Shown: positions 26,489 to 36,419 of the stretch, one piece after another
Layout: every line of letters begins with the position of its first letter
Numbering within the stretch: position 1 is the stretch's first letter
From: Bacteroidales bacterium
GTDB taxonomy: Bacteria; Bacteroidota; Bacteroidia; Bacteroidales; UBA1715
DNA length: 60,721 nt
Direction: 5' to 3'
Assembly: GCA_027858745.1 (NCBI GenBank)
Contig: JAQICB010000104.1
Location: forward strand, 1-60,721
Notes under the pieces: model-generated
What the model was told of the DNA's origin: nothing
Databases searched by the model: none
Seen by the model: the letters and a program-made list of their open reading frames with translations, nothing else
Program-made: the position numbers and the translations under genes

Positions 26489-26677
26489 ATGAAAAATATA
26501 GGCAAGCCTAATTCACATTCTATACAAGAAGCAACTCAAAGGGCAAAGCAACGAATTCCTATTGAAACCCTGAGAGAGAAAATAAAATATAAGAATATTA
26601 CCGAACAACAGTACAACGACCTTTTTAAATATGCAGAAACCTTATCTCTTCTAATATTAGAATCTATTATTGATTGA
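26489..26677 (+). CDS. 62-aa hypothetical protein upstream of the recombinase
   Basis: ATG start, helical amphipathic sequence, co-oriented with the recombinase. Confidence 0.55.
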   Translation: MKNIGKPNSHSIQEATQRAKQRIPIETLREKIKYKNITEQQYNDLFKYAETLSLLILESIID

Positions 26678-26703
26678 TAAGTTAATAAATATAATCATTT
26701 CAT

Positions 26704-26734
26704 TTTGAGTAATATCCAGGAACTAGTATATTTG
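26704..26734 (+). promoter_or_regulatory. Bacteroidota primary-sigma promoter of the recombinase
   Basis: TTTG (26704-26707), 19-nt spacer, TATATTTG (26727-26734): matches the -33 TTTG / -7 TAnnTTTG consensus, 28 nt before the ATG. Confidence 0.7.
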
Positions 26735-26762
26735 AGCAATGTGAATCAAAAAACAGAATCCA

Positions 26763-28424
26763 ATGACTAACTTATCCTTATTTCAACAGTTTGCGCCAGA
26801 AGTTCCCAAAGAGTTTAAAGAAGGAAACAATGCCGTTATTTATACAAGAGTATCATCAGCAGACCAAGAAAATAATACAAGCCTGAGTTCACAGAAAAAG
26901 CATTGTGATATTTTTGCTGCCAAAAGAGGATTGAATATTATTGGTTATTTTGGAGGTACATACGAATCTGCAAAAACAGATGATCGAAAAGAGTTTAACA
27001 GAATGTTAACTTTTGTGAAGCGTTCAAAAAACATCAATTATGTTATCGTCTATTCCTATGAACGTTTTTCTCGATCAGGCATTAATGGGGCATCCATAGC
27101 CGATGATTTGCTTAAAAAATATGGTGTAATCACCCTAGCAATTACACAAGAACTTGACCCGACAACACCTTCTGGTTCATTTCAACAGAAAATTCTGTTT
27201 CTTTTTGGACAAATGGATAATGAGCTAAGACGAGATAAAGTAGTAACAGGAATGAAAGAACTCCTAATTAAAGGCCATTGGGTATGGGCTGCACCACGAG
27301 GATATACAGACCTGAATAAAGGAAAGGCAACAGATAGAAAATTAGTTGTTAATAAAGAGGGTAAGATATTAAAAAAAGCATTTGAATGGAAAGCGTATAA
27401 GCAAATACCAAATGCAGAAATATCAAGAAAACTAAAAACACTTGGAGTTAATATATCAGAGAAAAGATTACACAGCCTGTTTTCAAATCCTTTTTATTGT
27501 GGTTTAATAACAAGTAAAATGATACCTGGTCAGGTAATAGAGGGTAGACACGAAGCTTTAATTTCCCGAGATTTGTTTTTACAAGTAAACGATGTTCGTA
27601 AAGAGAAAAGAGTACATGGTTTTGTTCATAATAAAGATAATGAAAACCTTCCTTTAAAAGTATTTACCAAATGTGAAAAGTGTGGTAATCCAATGACTGG
27701 TTACTTGGTTAAACAGAAAGGATTGTATTACTATAAGTGTAGGACAAAAGGATGTAGGGTAAACAAAAGTGCTAAAGCAATGCATGAGATGTTTCAGAAT
27801 TTAGTATCAGTATTTCATATTGACAAAGAAGAGCAGGAGATTATCAAAGTTGTTTTATCCGAACAAATGAATGTTTTCTTTACATCTAAAATAGAAGAAG
27901 CAAAAGTACTAAAAGCACAAAGAAGTGAAAAGCAAAAGAAACTTGATGCTATTGAGGAACGGTTTGTTCTTGGAGAAATAGACAGTTCTTTATTTAATAA
28001 GTTTAAGCCTAAATTTGAGAAAGATTTACATGAAATTGAACAAGAACTAAATGCTACAGGGAATTATAGTTCGAACCTTGATAAAGCAATGAGTTTTGTA
28101 ACTAAAATGAGTTCTAATTTATTGAATATGTGGGAGTCTCTAAATATTGAAAGTAAGAAAGTATTTCAAAACTTGCTATTCCCTGAAGGAATTTACTATA
28201 ATCATGAAAATAACGAAGTTCGAACCCCTCGTGTAAATTCATTTTTCTCATTAATCCCAGAACTGTCAAGGTCTGCAGGTGGACATAAAAAAAGGGATTT
28301 TATCTATAGCGATAAAACCCCCTCTTTGGTGATCCCATCAGGATTCGAACCTGAGACCCTCTCCTTAGAAGGGAGATGCTCTATCCAGCTGAGCTATGGG
28401 ACCCCTTATTTTTTGCAAATATAG
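26763..28424 (+). CDS. Large serine recombinase (integrase)
   Basis: YTRVSS catalytic serine, VYSYERFSR, APRGY, NPFYCG..GRHEALIS recombinase domain, CEKCG..YYKC..KGC zinc ribbon, coiled coil. Confidence 0.93.
   Translation: MTNLSLFQQFAPEVPKEFKEGNNAVIYTRVSSADQENNTSLSSQKKHCDIFAAKRGLNIIGYFGGTYESAKTDDRKEFNRMLTFVKRSKNINYVIVYSYERFSRSGINGASIADDLLKKYGVITLAITQELDPTTPSGSFQQKILFLFGQMDNELRRDKVVTGMKELLIKGHWVWAAPRGYTDLNKGKATDRKLVVNKEGKILKKAFEWKAYKQIPNAEISRKLKTLGVNISEKRLHSLFSNPFYCGLITSKMIPGQVIEGRHEALISRDLFLQVNDVRKEKRVHGFVHNKDNENLPLKVFTKCEKCGNPMTGYLVKQKGLYYYKCRTKGCRVNKSAKAMHEMFQNLVSVFHIDKEEQEIIKVVLSEQMNVFFTSKIEEAKVLKAQRSEKQKKLDAIEERFVLGEIDSSLFNKFKPKFEKDLHEIEQELNATGNYSSNLDKAMSFVTKMSSNLLNMWESLNIESKKVFQNLLFPEGIYYNHENNEVRTPRVNSFFSLIPELSRSAGGHKKRDFIYSDKTPSLVIPSGFEPETLSLEGRCSIQLSYGTPYFLQI
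28287..28322 (-). terminator. Intrinsic terminator downstream of tRNA-Arg
   Basis: Minus strand GGGTTTTATC-GCTATA-GATAAAATCCC hairpin followed by a T run, starting a few nt after the tRNA CCA. Confidence 0.7.
28327..28403 (-). tRNA. tRNA-Arg(TCT)
   Basis: GGTCCCATAGCTCAGCTGGATAGAGCATCTCCCTTCTAAGGAGAGGGTCTCAGGTTCGAATCCTGATGGGATCACCA: 77 nt cloverleaf, anticodon loop CTTCTAA, GTTCGAA T-loop, encoded CCA. Confidence 0.97.
28416..28423 (-). promoter_or_regulatory. -7 promoter element of tRNA-Arg
   Basis: TATATTTG on the minus strand, 12 nt upstream of the tRNA 5' end. Confidence 0.55.
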
Positions 28425-28591
28425 TATTTTTATATTTTCTGCAGAGGCTTTCGGTAAAAAAATTACCTTGTCTTTGTAAGAAAATGCTACAAAGAGCCTC
28501 TCGAATGTTATGGTAAACTATTACTCTTGTTTTTGAAAGTCTTGCGTATAACACTTTCTTGTGAATGATTGATGAAATTTCTGACCATTCT

Positions 28592-29758
28592 TTAATATTC
28601 AAAACTACCGTGTTCCCCTGTAATGGTAACCTTTTTATCGTGTGCCGATTCACATCTGCCAATGATACGGGCATCAATATTGTATGATTTGGAAATGGAA
28701 ATAAGAGATTTTGCAATTTTTTCTGGTACGTACAATTCCATACGATGTCCCATATTAAATACTTTGTACATTTCTTGCCAATCTGTTCCCGATTGTTCTT
28801 GAATTAAAGTAAATAATGGGGGAGTGGGGAATAGATTATCTTTAATAATATGGAGGTTGTCTATAAAGTGCAAAATTTTTGTTTGTGCACCACCGGAACA
28901 ATGTATCATGCCATGAATGTCTTTTCGATATGAAGCTAACATTTCTTTAATAACCGGAGCATATGTTCGAGTAGGTGAAAGTACTAATTTTCCTGCATCA
29001 ATTCCCAGTTCGGCTATGCTGTCGGTAAGTTTGCAAGACCCACTGTAAATAAGTTCTTGTGGAATATTTGTATCGTAACTTTCAGGATATTTTTCTGCAA
29101 GGTATTTGGCAAACACATCATGTCGTGCCGATGTAAGACCGTTGCTTCCCATACCACCATTATACGAAGATTCGTAGCTTGCTTGTCCTGAAGATGAAAG
29201 TCCGACAATAACGTCTCCCGATTGAATTCGGTGATTTGAAATAATATCGCTGCGTTTCATTCGCGTTACAACCGTGCTGTCAACAATAATAGTGCGAACC
29301 AAATCGCCCACATCGGCAGTTTCGCCGCCGGTAGAGTAAATAGGAATGCCATGCCCCCGTAGTTCTTCCAATAATTCTTCAGTGCCTTGAATAATAGCAG
29401 AGATAACTTCTCCCGGAATGAGATTTTTGTTTCGTCCGATTGTTGATGATACCAAAATTGAATCGCTTGCTCCAACGCACAGTAAATCGTCGATATTCAT
29501 AATAAGTGCATCTTGTGCAATGCCTTTCCATACCGATATATCTCCGGTTTCTTTCCAGTACATATATGCCAAAGACGATTTTGTGCCGGCTCCGTCTGCG
29601 TGCATAATGGTGCAATAGTCTTTGTCGCCACTTAAATAATCAGGGATAATTTTGCAAAAAGCCTGTGGGAATAATCCTTTGTCAACATGCTTTATTGCAT
29701 TATGCACATCCTCTTTTGATGCTGAAACACCTCGTTGATTATATCTGTTATCAGTCAT
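28592..29758 (-). CDS. purM: Phosphoribosylformylglycinamidine cyclo-ligase (AIR synthase), Bacteroidota type
   Basis: RGVSASKEDVH, MHADGAGTKS, GGETADVGD, HCSGG, VFNMGHRME. Confidence 0.9.
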   Translation of the reverse strand: MTDNRYNQRGVSASKEDVHNAIKHVDKGLFPQAFCKIIPDYLSGDKDYCTIMHADGAGTKSSLAYMYWKETGDISVWKGIAQDALIMNIDDLLCVGASDSILVSSTIGRNKNLIPGEVISAIIQGTEELLEELRGHGIPIYSTGGETADVGDLVRTIIVDSTVVTRMKRSDIISNHRIQSGDVIVGLSSSGQASYESSYNGGMGSNGLTSARHDVFAKYLAEKYPESYDTNIPQELIYSGSCKLTDSIAELGIDAGKLVLSPTRTYAPVIKEMLASYRKDIHGMIHCSGGAQTKILHFIDNLHIIKDNLFPTPPLFTLIQEQSGTDWQEMYKVFNMGHRMELYVPEKIAKSLISISKSYNIDARIIGRCESAHDKKVTITGEHGSFEY

Positions 29759-29763
29759 GAATA

Positions 29764-31275
29764 TTATTGTGTATCGATTTGAATTTTATTGAGAAAATAT
29801 ACTTTTCGTTTATCTTTTGTTTCTTCGTTTTTTAATCGTTGATACCCGTATGTTATAAAATAAGTATCGTGCCAATGTGTTGTCGTCGAGTTGTATATAA
29901 ATTTAACCTCGTCCTTTGAATTTAGTGAAGATATTTCATATTCTTTTCCCGAAATTTCTTTTCCGCTTCTTGTATCATACGCAGTGTAGTAAATAGAATC
30001 AGAATTGTTGTACATAATAGAGAGTGCCTTATCCGTAAGGCTTTTTGTTATATATTGTGTTATGCGAAACGGCTTCTGTTTTATATCCAGCTTTTTTGAA
30101 TTGCTCCATAAAACATTTCCTTGAGAATCAAAAGACACAATAAAGTAATGTGTATATTGGTATCCGTCGAAAACATCTCTGCACACAGTTTTTGTGCCGG
30201 ATGGAGTCGTTTCGGTTCTGCAATCTTCTCGTTCTGTTGGATAATATGCTTCGCCAATTAATATGTATGAATCCTTCTGTTGGATAATTCGATGAGGTTC
30301 AATTATAACCGTATATTCTAGTTCCTTTCCTCGTTTTTCAACTTGTTCTTTTTTTCTTCCAATACGTTTTTGACGCCAGTCTCTCAAATGTGAGAGAAAA
30401 TTATTGATGTCGAGATAGTTGATTTTTTGGGTAAATTGGTTTTGAGAATCAACAATTTTGGAAATGTATATACCGGTACTTTTCATATTGTTCCATATTC
30501 TTGAATATGATCCGGTTAAAATATATTCGTTCTGTGAAAGTTTTGATGCTCGACCTGATTTAATAAAAAAATCATTTTTTTCTCCTTCAGTATTAATTGT
30601 TATTTTATTAATATGTTTTCCGTGTTTGTATATATATAAGTATGTTTCAATATTATCGTTTATGTCGTCACGAATAAAGAGGTACACTTCTTCCTCTTCT
30701 TTATCGTAGTCGAAAGTCATAACATTGAATATTAGTTTATTTGATGGAATAAGCTTAGCTATGTTTTCTGTTTTTTTCGAAAAGTTAATCATAAGCATAA
30801 AAGGCAAGCGATGAATATATCCAAATATGTAAATATCATCATTTATGCATATGAACTCTGAAATTCTTAGTCGTTTGTGGAATTCTCCGGTGAGAGATTC
30901 AACAGATAAATCGCGAATATCAATGCGGTGTATAATGTAATTCCCTTTTCTGTCGTATCCTAAATTGTATACATAATGTGATGTTGTATCAGATTCGTTA
31001 TGATATTGTTTTTTTTGTTTATGAATATCTACTTGTTTACCGGCGATAAGTTCGGGTGAATATTTTGTGAAGGTAAAAACGATATCTCTTTTCTTGTTTT
31101 TTTGTTTGTTTTCATCTATTGTTTTCTGAATTAGTCCCTGTTTTCCAAACAGATAATAACGGGAAATTTCCACCTCGTCTTTTGAGTCGAATTCTAAACG
31201 ATGTACTGTTTTGATTTGCGAAAATGAAACATATGTTATTAATGTTGCAAAAACGATAAGGATAATTTGCTTCAT
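29764..31275 (-). CDS. Exported hypothetical protein (beta-rich)
   Basis: Signal peptide MKQIILIVFATLITYVSFSQ; long ORF packed between purA and purM. Confidence 0.75.
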   Translation of the reverse strand: MKQIILIVFATLITYVSFSQIKTVHRLEFDSKDEVEISRYYLFGKQGLIQKTIDENKQKNKKRDIVFTFTKYSPELIAGKQVDIHKQKKQYHNESDTTSHYVYNLGYDRKGNYIIHRIDIRDLSVESLTGEFHKRLRISEFICINDDIYIFGYIHRLPFMLMINFSKKTENIAKLIPSNKLIFNVMTFDYDKEEEEVYLFIRDDINDNIETYLYIYKHGKHINKITINTEGEKNDFFIKSGRASKLSQNEYILTGSYSRIWNNMKSTGIYISKIVDSQNQFTQKINYLDINNFLSHLRDWRQKRIGRKKEQVEKRGKELEYTVIIEPHRIIQQKDSYILIGEAYYPTEREDCRTETTPSGTKTVCRDVFDGYQYTHYFIVSFDSQGNVLWSNSKKLDIKQKPFRITQYITKSLTDKALSIMYNNSDSIYYTAYDTRSGKEISGKEYEISSLNSKDEVKFIYNSTTTHWHDTYFITYGYQRLKNEETKDKRKVYFLNKIQIDTQ

Positions 31276-31287
31276 ACTCGTCAACTT

Positions 31288-32541
31288 TTATTTTACAATA
31301 GTTTTTTCTCGTTCGGGTCCCATAGAAACAATTGTGATAGGCACGCCAACTTCTTGTTCGATAAATGAAATATATTCTTTGAGTTCAATTGGTAATTCTT
31401 CAAATGTTTCTGCGAGAACTTCTTGATTCCATCCTTTAAATTCTTTGTATACCGGGCTTACATTTTCCGCATCGGTTGGGAGGTAATCAATTGTTTTGCC
31501 ACGATACGTATATTCGGTGCAAATTTTTATTGTTTCGAATGAATTGAGCACATCGCCTTTCATCATAAATAATTGGGTAACTCCGTTTATCATGACCGCA
31601 TATTTAAGTGCTGCAAGGTCGAGCCATCCGCAGCGTCTTGGCCGTCCCGTTGTTGAACCAAATTCGTTGCCAAAATCTTGCATATTTTTTCCGTCCTGGT
31701 CAAATAGTTCCGTAGGGAATGGTCCGCTTCCTACTCGTGTGCAGTATGCTTTGAAGATTCCAAAGATCTCTTCAATCTTTTTTGGTGAAATTCCCAATCC
31801 GGTGCATGCTCCGGCACTAATTGTGTTTGATGAGGTGACAAATGGGTATGAGCCAAATTCTATATCAAGTAATGTTCCTTGAGCACCTTCTGCAAGGATA
31901 GATTTGCCTTTTTCTAATTCTTTATTTAAAAAATATTCGCTATCAATAATTTTGAGAGAGGCAATAAGCTTAATGCCTTCCATCCATTTTGCTTCATATG
32001 CATCTATATCAAATGAATAATCGAAGTGAGCAAGAGTTTTAAGATGGGTTTCTTTCAATTCCCGATATTTTGCATCAAAATCGGTAATAATATCACCGAC
32101 CCGAAGTCCACAACGAGCAGTTTTATCAGTGTATGTTGGTCCAATACCTTTTTGTGTTGAACCGATTTTTTTTACTCCTTTTTCAATTTCGTAAGCTTCG
32201 TCAAGTGCTTTGTGACTTGGCAAAATGAGATGTGCACGGGACGAAATGTATAGTTTGTCCTGAATGGTAACACCCTGTGCAATTAATTTATCAATTTCTT
32301 CTTTAAAAATATAAGGATCTATTACTACGCCGTTACCGATAATGTTTAAGGCATTATCTCTAAAAATTCCTGACGGAATGGTATGTAATACATGTTTTAC
32401 ATCGTTAAAAACGAGTGTGTGTCCTGCATTTGGACCGCCTTGAAAACGAGCGATAATATCATATTTTGGTGTTAAAAAATCTACAATTTTCCCTTTTCCT
32501 TCATCTCCCCATTGCAGTCCCAGTAAAACATCAGTATTCAT
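31288..32541 (-). CDS. purA: Adenylosuccinate synthetase
   Basis: GLQWGDEGKGK, QGGPNAGHT, EGAQG, TTGRPRRCGWLD. Confidence 0.98.
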   Translation of the reverse strand: MNTDVLLGLQWGDEGKGKIVDFLTPKYDIIARFQGGPNAGHTLVFNDVKHVLHTIPSGIFRDNALNIIGNGVVIDPYIFKEEIDKLIAQGVTIQDKLYISSRAHLILPSHKALDEAYEIEKGVKKIGSTQKGIGPTYTDKTARCGLRVGDIITDFDAKYRELKETHLKTLAHFDYSFDIDAYEAKWMEGIKLIASLKIIDSEYFLNKELEKGKSILAEGAQGTLLDIEFGSYPFVTSSNTISAGACTGLGISPKKIEEIFGIFKAYCTRVGSGPFPTELFDQDGKNMQDFGNEFGSTTGRPRRCGWLDLAALKYAVMINGVTQLFMMKGDVLNSFETIKICTEYTYRGKTIDYLPTDAENVSPVYKEFKGWNQEVLAETFEELPIELKEYISFIEQEVGVPITIVSMGPEREKTIVK

Positions 32542-32640
32542 ATGTAATAATATTTAAAATTTCAATAAATCAAAAAACAGGTAAAAATAGTAAAAAACTC
32601 TAAGCTGAATGATTAAAAATGAGAACTTGTTTATAAGTTT

Positions 32641-34830
32641 TTAAATTTTATCAATGCGAAATATCTTTTTCACACCTTTAATTTTCTGTAAATTAAGCAT
32701 AAGGTTGTTTAGATGTTGTAGGTCGTGTATATATAAATCTAAATTTCCCTCAAACATTTTCTCTGTTGTTTCTATATGTACGGTTCGTATGTTTATGTTA
32801 TGTTGATACGAAGTGATTTTTGTAATGTCGTTCAGCAAGCCTATACGGTCATTTCCTTCGATTTTGATACTCACCAAAAATGCTTGTTCTTTTTTGTTTA
32901 TCCATTTAATTTTATGTGCAATATATTTTGTTTGTAGTTCAATGGCATACGGACAGATGCTTTTGTGTATTGCATATCCGTTTGGTGTTTCAAATCCTAC
33001 AATGGTATCTCCCGGAATCGGTCGGCAGCATTCGGCAATTATATAACTCGTGTTGTCATGAACAATTTTTACATCTTTATGTTCTCGTGGTTGTGTGTGT
33101 TCATCCTTTGCTTTGCGTAATTGAAGTTTCCAAAAACGAACAGCTTTGTTTTTTCGTTTTTGAGTTGCAACGCTTTCAATATCTGATAAATCTATTGAAT
33201 TATCGCCTATGCCTACGTATAAATCGTTGATAGACATAACGCCATATCCCATTATTAATTTATCGAGAAGGGATTTATTTTCTTTTAATTTGTGTGCACG
33301 AAGAGCTTCTTGTAATCTGTTCTGACCGCGTAAAATATTTTTCTTTCTCTCGTTTTTAAATATTTGTTGCAGACTATTTTTTGCTTTTGCGGTGGTAATA
33401 AATGAGAGCCATTCTTTTTGCGGCTTTTGTTTTTCAGATGTGAGAATTTCTATTTGGTCACCATTTTGAACTTCGTAATCAAGGGGTACTGTTTTGTGTC
33501 TGTTTACTTTTGCACCAATTGCGTGAAGCCCTATTTGGGTGTGTATTTCGAATGCAAAGTCCAAAACGTTTGCTTTTGACGGAAGTCTTTTTAAATCTCC
33601 TTGCGGTGTGAATGCAAAAATTTCGGTTGTGTATAAGTTGAGTTTAAAGTCATCTAAAAATGCAAGTGCATCATTATTTGGATTCTCGAGTGTTGTTCTC
33701 AGTTTTTGCAGCCATTGTTCTAATTCGGTTTTATCAAAACCTTCAACATCTTTATATTTCCAATGTGCAGCGTATCCTCGTTCAGCAATTTCATTCATTC
33801 GCTCGGTACGAATTTGTATTTCAACCCAATTTCCATCAGGTCCCATTACGGTTGTGTGCAAGCCTTCGTAACCATTTTCTTTTGGTGTGCTTACCCAGTC
33901 GCGGAGTCGTTTTGGGTTGGGAGTGTAGGTGTCGGTAATGTATGAATATACTCGCCAGCACATTGCTTTTTCTTCTTCTCTCGGCACATCTACGAGAATA
34001 ATGCGGACAGCAAATACATCATATACATTTTCGAATGATACATTTTTGGTTTGAATTTTATGCCAAATAGATGATATTGATTTTGAACGACTGGTAATAT
34101 TGTATTTTATTTCGTTTTGCTCAAAAACCATCATGAGCGGTATACAAAAGCGATTTAGATAATGAATTCGTTTTTTTTCGCTTCCCTTCAGTTTTTTATA
34201 AATATCATTATAAATAACGGGGTGCTCGTATTTTAAACACAGGTCTTCTAATTCTGTTTTAAGGTTGTAAAACCCTAGTCGGTGTGCTAGTGGCACAAAA
34301 AATGCTCGGGTTTCGGCAGAAATGCGAATTTGTTTATCGAGTGGCATTGCGTCAAGAGTTCGCATATTGTGCAGCCTGTCGGCTAATTTTATGAGAATAA
34401 CTCGTACATCATCCGAGAGGGTTAGAAGAATTTTCTTTATGTTTTCGGCTTGACTTGTTTTTGTTTTGAGAACACCTCTGATTTTTGTTAAGCCGTCAAT
34501 TATTTGTGCAATTTTGGGGTCAAACAGATTTTCAATGTCTTCTACGGTTATGTCGGTGTCTTCAACCACATCGTGCAAAAGAGCACAGGCAATAGAACGC
34601 ATTCCCAGTCCAATATCTCCGGCTACAATTTTTGCAACTTCTATGGGGTGTAAAAAATAAGGTTCGCCAGATTTTCTTCGGCAGCCATAGTGTGCTTCGT
34701 TTGCTATGTTAAAAGCTTTGCGAATAGTTTTTACGCTGTCTTCATCTTTTCTACATTTCGCAGAATGCTTGAGAATTTCATCAAATTGTGCTTCTATAAA
34801 ATCTTTTTCTTTCTGCGTAAAATCTGCCAT
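32641..34830 (-). CDS. relA: Bifunctional (p)ppGpp synthetase/hydrolase (RelA/SpoT homologue)
   Basis: RKSGEPY, LHDVVED HD motif, KLADRLHNMRTL, EIQIRT, TGS (DFAFEIHT) and ACT domains. Confidence 0.95.
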   Translation of the reverse strand: MADFTQKEKDFIEAQFDEILKHSAKCRKDEDSVKTIRKAFNIANEAHYGCRRKSGEPYFLHPIEVAKIVAGDIGLGMRSIACALLHDVVEDTDITVEDIENLFDPKIAQIIDGLTKIRGVLKTKTSQAENIKKILLTLSDDVRVILIKLADRLHNMRTLDAMPLDKQIRISAETRAFFVPLAHRLGFYNLKTELEDLCLKYEHPVIYNDIYKKLKGSEKKRIHYLNRFCIPLMMVFEQNEIKYNITSRSKSISSIWHKIQTKNVSFENVYDVFAVRIILVDVPREEEKAMCWRVYSYITDTYTPNPKRLRDWVSTPKENGYEGLHTTVMGPDGNWVEIQIRTERMNEIAERGYAAHWKYKDVEGFDKTELEQWLQKLRTTLENPNNDALAFLDDFKLNLYTTEIFAFTPQGDLKRLPSKANVLDFAFEIHTQIGLHAIGAKVNRHKTVPLDYEVQNGDQIEILTSEKQKPQKEWLSFITTAKAKNSLQQIFKNERKKNILRGQNRLQEALRAHKLKENKSLLDKLIMGYGVMSINDLYVGIGDNSIDLSDIESVATQKRKNKAVRFWKLQLRKAKDEHTQPREHKDVKIVHDNTSYIIAECCRPIPGDTIVGFETPNGYAIHKSICPYAIELQTKYIAHKIKWINKKEQAFLVSIKIEGNDRIGLLNDITKITSYQHNINIRTVHIETTEKMFEGNLDLYIHDLQHLNNLMLNLQKIKGVKKIFRIDKI

Positions 34831-34871
34831 CTGTGTTTTTTTTAAAAGACAAAAATATGAAAAATATGGGT

Positions 34872-36398
34872 CTATTCACTCTGAAAAATTAAATTAATAG
34901 CACCGTTTTTTGATATATTTTCTCCGTTTGGTAATGTAATATGGATTGCATATAAGTATGTTCCTTCGGCAGCGGCTTTATTCCGTATGGTGCCATCCCA
35001 ACCTTTATTTATATCGCTGCTTTCGAATATTTTTGAGCCGTTTCTACTGAATATTTGCATGGTGTAGGTTCCGGCTATATATGCGTATTTGGGTTTGAAA
35101 ATTCGATTTTCTTCGAAAGAACTGTGTGGGTTAAAGGTGTTGGGAACGTATACGTGACTTTCTTTGTCAACACATGCATAATGAGATTGTGTTGTGTTGG
35201 GCATACTGTCTCTTTTTTGTGTTGCAACTATATAGTAACAAATATGCGGATCAATGGCAAAATCTGTTATCTCATCTACATATGATTCTTCTGATGCCGG
35301 AAGTGTTGCAATTTTTTCTTCATGATTCATGTTTGTTACTCGATAAATTTTGCAAGAATCGTATTCTTCTTCCCACATAAGTCCTTTGTCCCACGATAAA
35401 AAATGCTCATGTTCCGAAAAGGTTTGTATGCGAACTTCTATTGGGTTTACAATTTGTGAACTTACAATGCTATTGCCACAATCGTCAACAGCAGTTATTT
35501 TGTAAAAAAAGAGAGAGTCCGAAGAGTATTTCTGAGGAATTATATACGTAAACTCTGCAGTTCCTCTCGGAATAGCTATGGTGTCGTAAGGAACAAAATT
35601 GATTCTGTTTAGGAATGAGCGTTCTATGATATGGCTCGTGAAGTCTGATTGCGCGTCTGTTTCTATGTGAAGTGTGAAATAGTTTTCGACAGAACAGCTT
35701 ATTGATGAAATGTATATATTTTCCGGATAGGTGTATGATTCTTCGGTAATATTCATCATTTGTGATGTTGTGGTGTATGCTGTTCCGTTTGTTTCTATTG
35801 TGGCTTCTATAAAAAATCTTCGATCGCTCTCTCCGTTTGGCGATATAATATAACTTGTCTGGTTCGCCGGTACTTCTGCAATAGTGGTTTCGGTGTTTAT
35901 TCCGGTAACTTCAACTATGGTATAATTAGAAACAATGGCATCATAGCCTTGGTAGGGATTCCAGCTGAGAGTTATTTCGCCGCCACATTCACCCACAGAA
36001 CTTTCAACTATCATTGTGGTGTGGTATTTATCTAAACTAATGGAGTTTTCATTTGTATTAGTGTATGCGTCGGTCGCAAATGAAAGTGGGGCTTCGTCTG
36101 CTTGTGTTGTGAAAACGCCTATTGTGTCGGTTTTGAAAATGAGGGTATCGTCTTTGTTTTCGGGAATGTCGATAATTGTAAGTGCTTTTATAATGCTTGT
36201 TTTGTCGTACACATAATGTATGCGAGTAAATTCTATGTTGGTATTGGTGCTTTGCAGCCATGCAATGCTTACTTCGTTTGTATATGGATTGATACTCACA
36301 AATTGAATATCCGGTGCGTCAACAGTCTGACCGAAACTGTGTACCACTTTTGTAAAAAAGAGGAGATAAAGAATAATATAACGCAACCTGTGTTTCAT
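34872..36398 (-). CDS. T9SS type B (gliding-motility-associated CTD) cargo protein with FN3-like modules
   Basis: Signal peptide; C-terminal VYVPNTFNP..N..FKP..IFSRNG..GWDG..GTYLY. Confidence 0.85.
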   Translation of the reverse strand: MKHRLRYIILYLLFFTKVVHSFGQTVDAPDIQFVSINPYTNEVSIAWLQSTNTNIEFTRIHYVYDKTSIIKALTIIDIPENKDDTLIFKTDTIGVFTTQADEAPLSFATDAYTNTNENSISLDKYHTTMIVESSVGECGGEITLSWNPYQGYDAIVSNYTIVEVTGINTETTIAEVPANQTSYIISPNGESDRRFFIEATIETNGTAYTTTSQMMNITEESYTYPENIYISSISCSVENYFTLHIETDAQSDFTSHIIERSFLNRINFVPYDTIAIPRGTAEFTYIIPQKYSSDSLFFYKITAVDDCGNSIVSSQIVNPIEVRIQTFSEHEHFLSWDKGLMWEEEYDSCKIYRVTNMNHEEKIATLPASEESYVDEITDFAIDPHICYYIVATQKRDSMPNTTQSHYACVDKESHVYVPNTFNPHSSFEENRIFKPKYAYIAGTYTMQIFSRNGSKIFESSDINKGWDGTIRNKAAAEGTYLYAIHITLPNGENISKNGAINLIFQSE

Positions 36399-36419
36399 AA
36401 TGATGTGAATATAGTCTAT

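Larger units (their letters stand above)
1..28326. mobile_element. Genomic island integrated at the 3' end of tRNA-Arg(TCT); left boundary lies outside the window
   Basis: Large serine recombinase abuts and overlaps the tRNA; cargo includes an AbiE TA pair, a lysis cassette and giant hypothetical genes; housekeeping genes resume directly beyond the tRNA. No duplicate of the tRNA 3' end was spotted by eye in the window. Confidence 0.8.

Noticed and set aside
28069-28227. Two GTTCGAAC(C) tRNA T-loop-like words inside the integrase as possible att sites
   Set aside because: Only 8-10 bp, with no flanking tRNA similarity; explained by coding sequence (SSNL, VRTP).
238-28424. Intact prophage (integrase, holin, endolysin and fibre are present)
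   Set aside because: No recognisable terminase, portal, capsid, tail tube, tape measure, replication or repressor genes between the integrase and the window start. This cannot be fully excluded because the island's left part is not visible.
28381-28716. 111-aa minus-strand ORF overlapping purM and the tRNA 5' end
   Set aside because: Overlaps two well-supported features; no recognisable motif.
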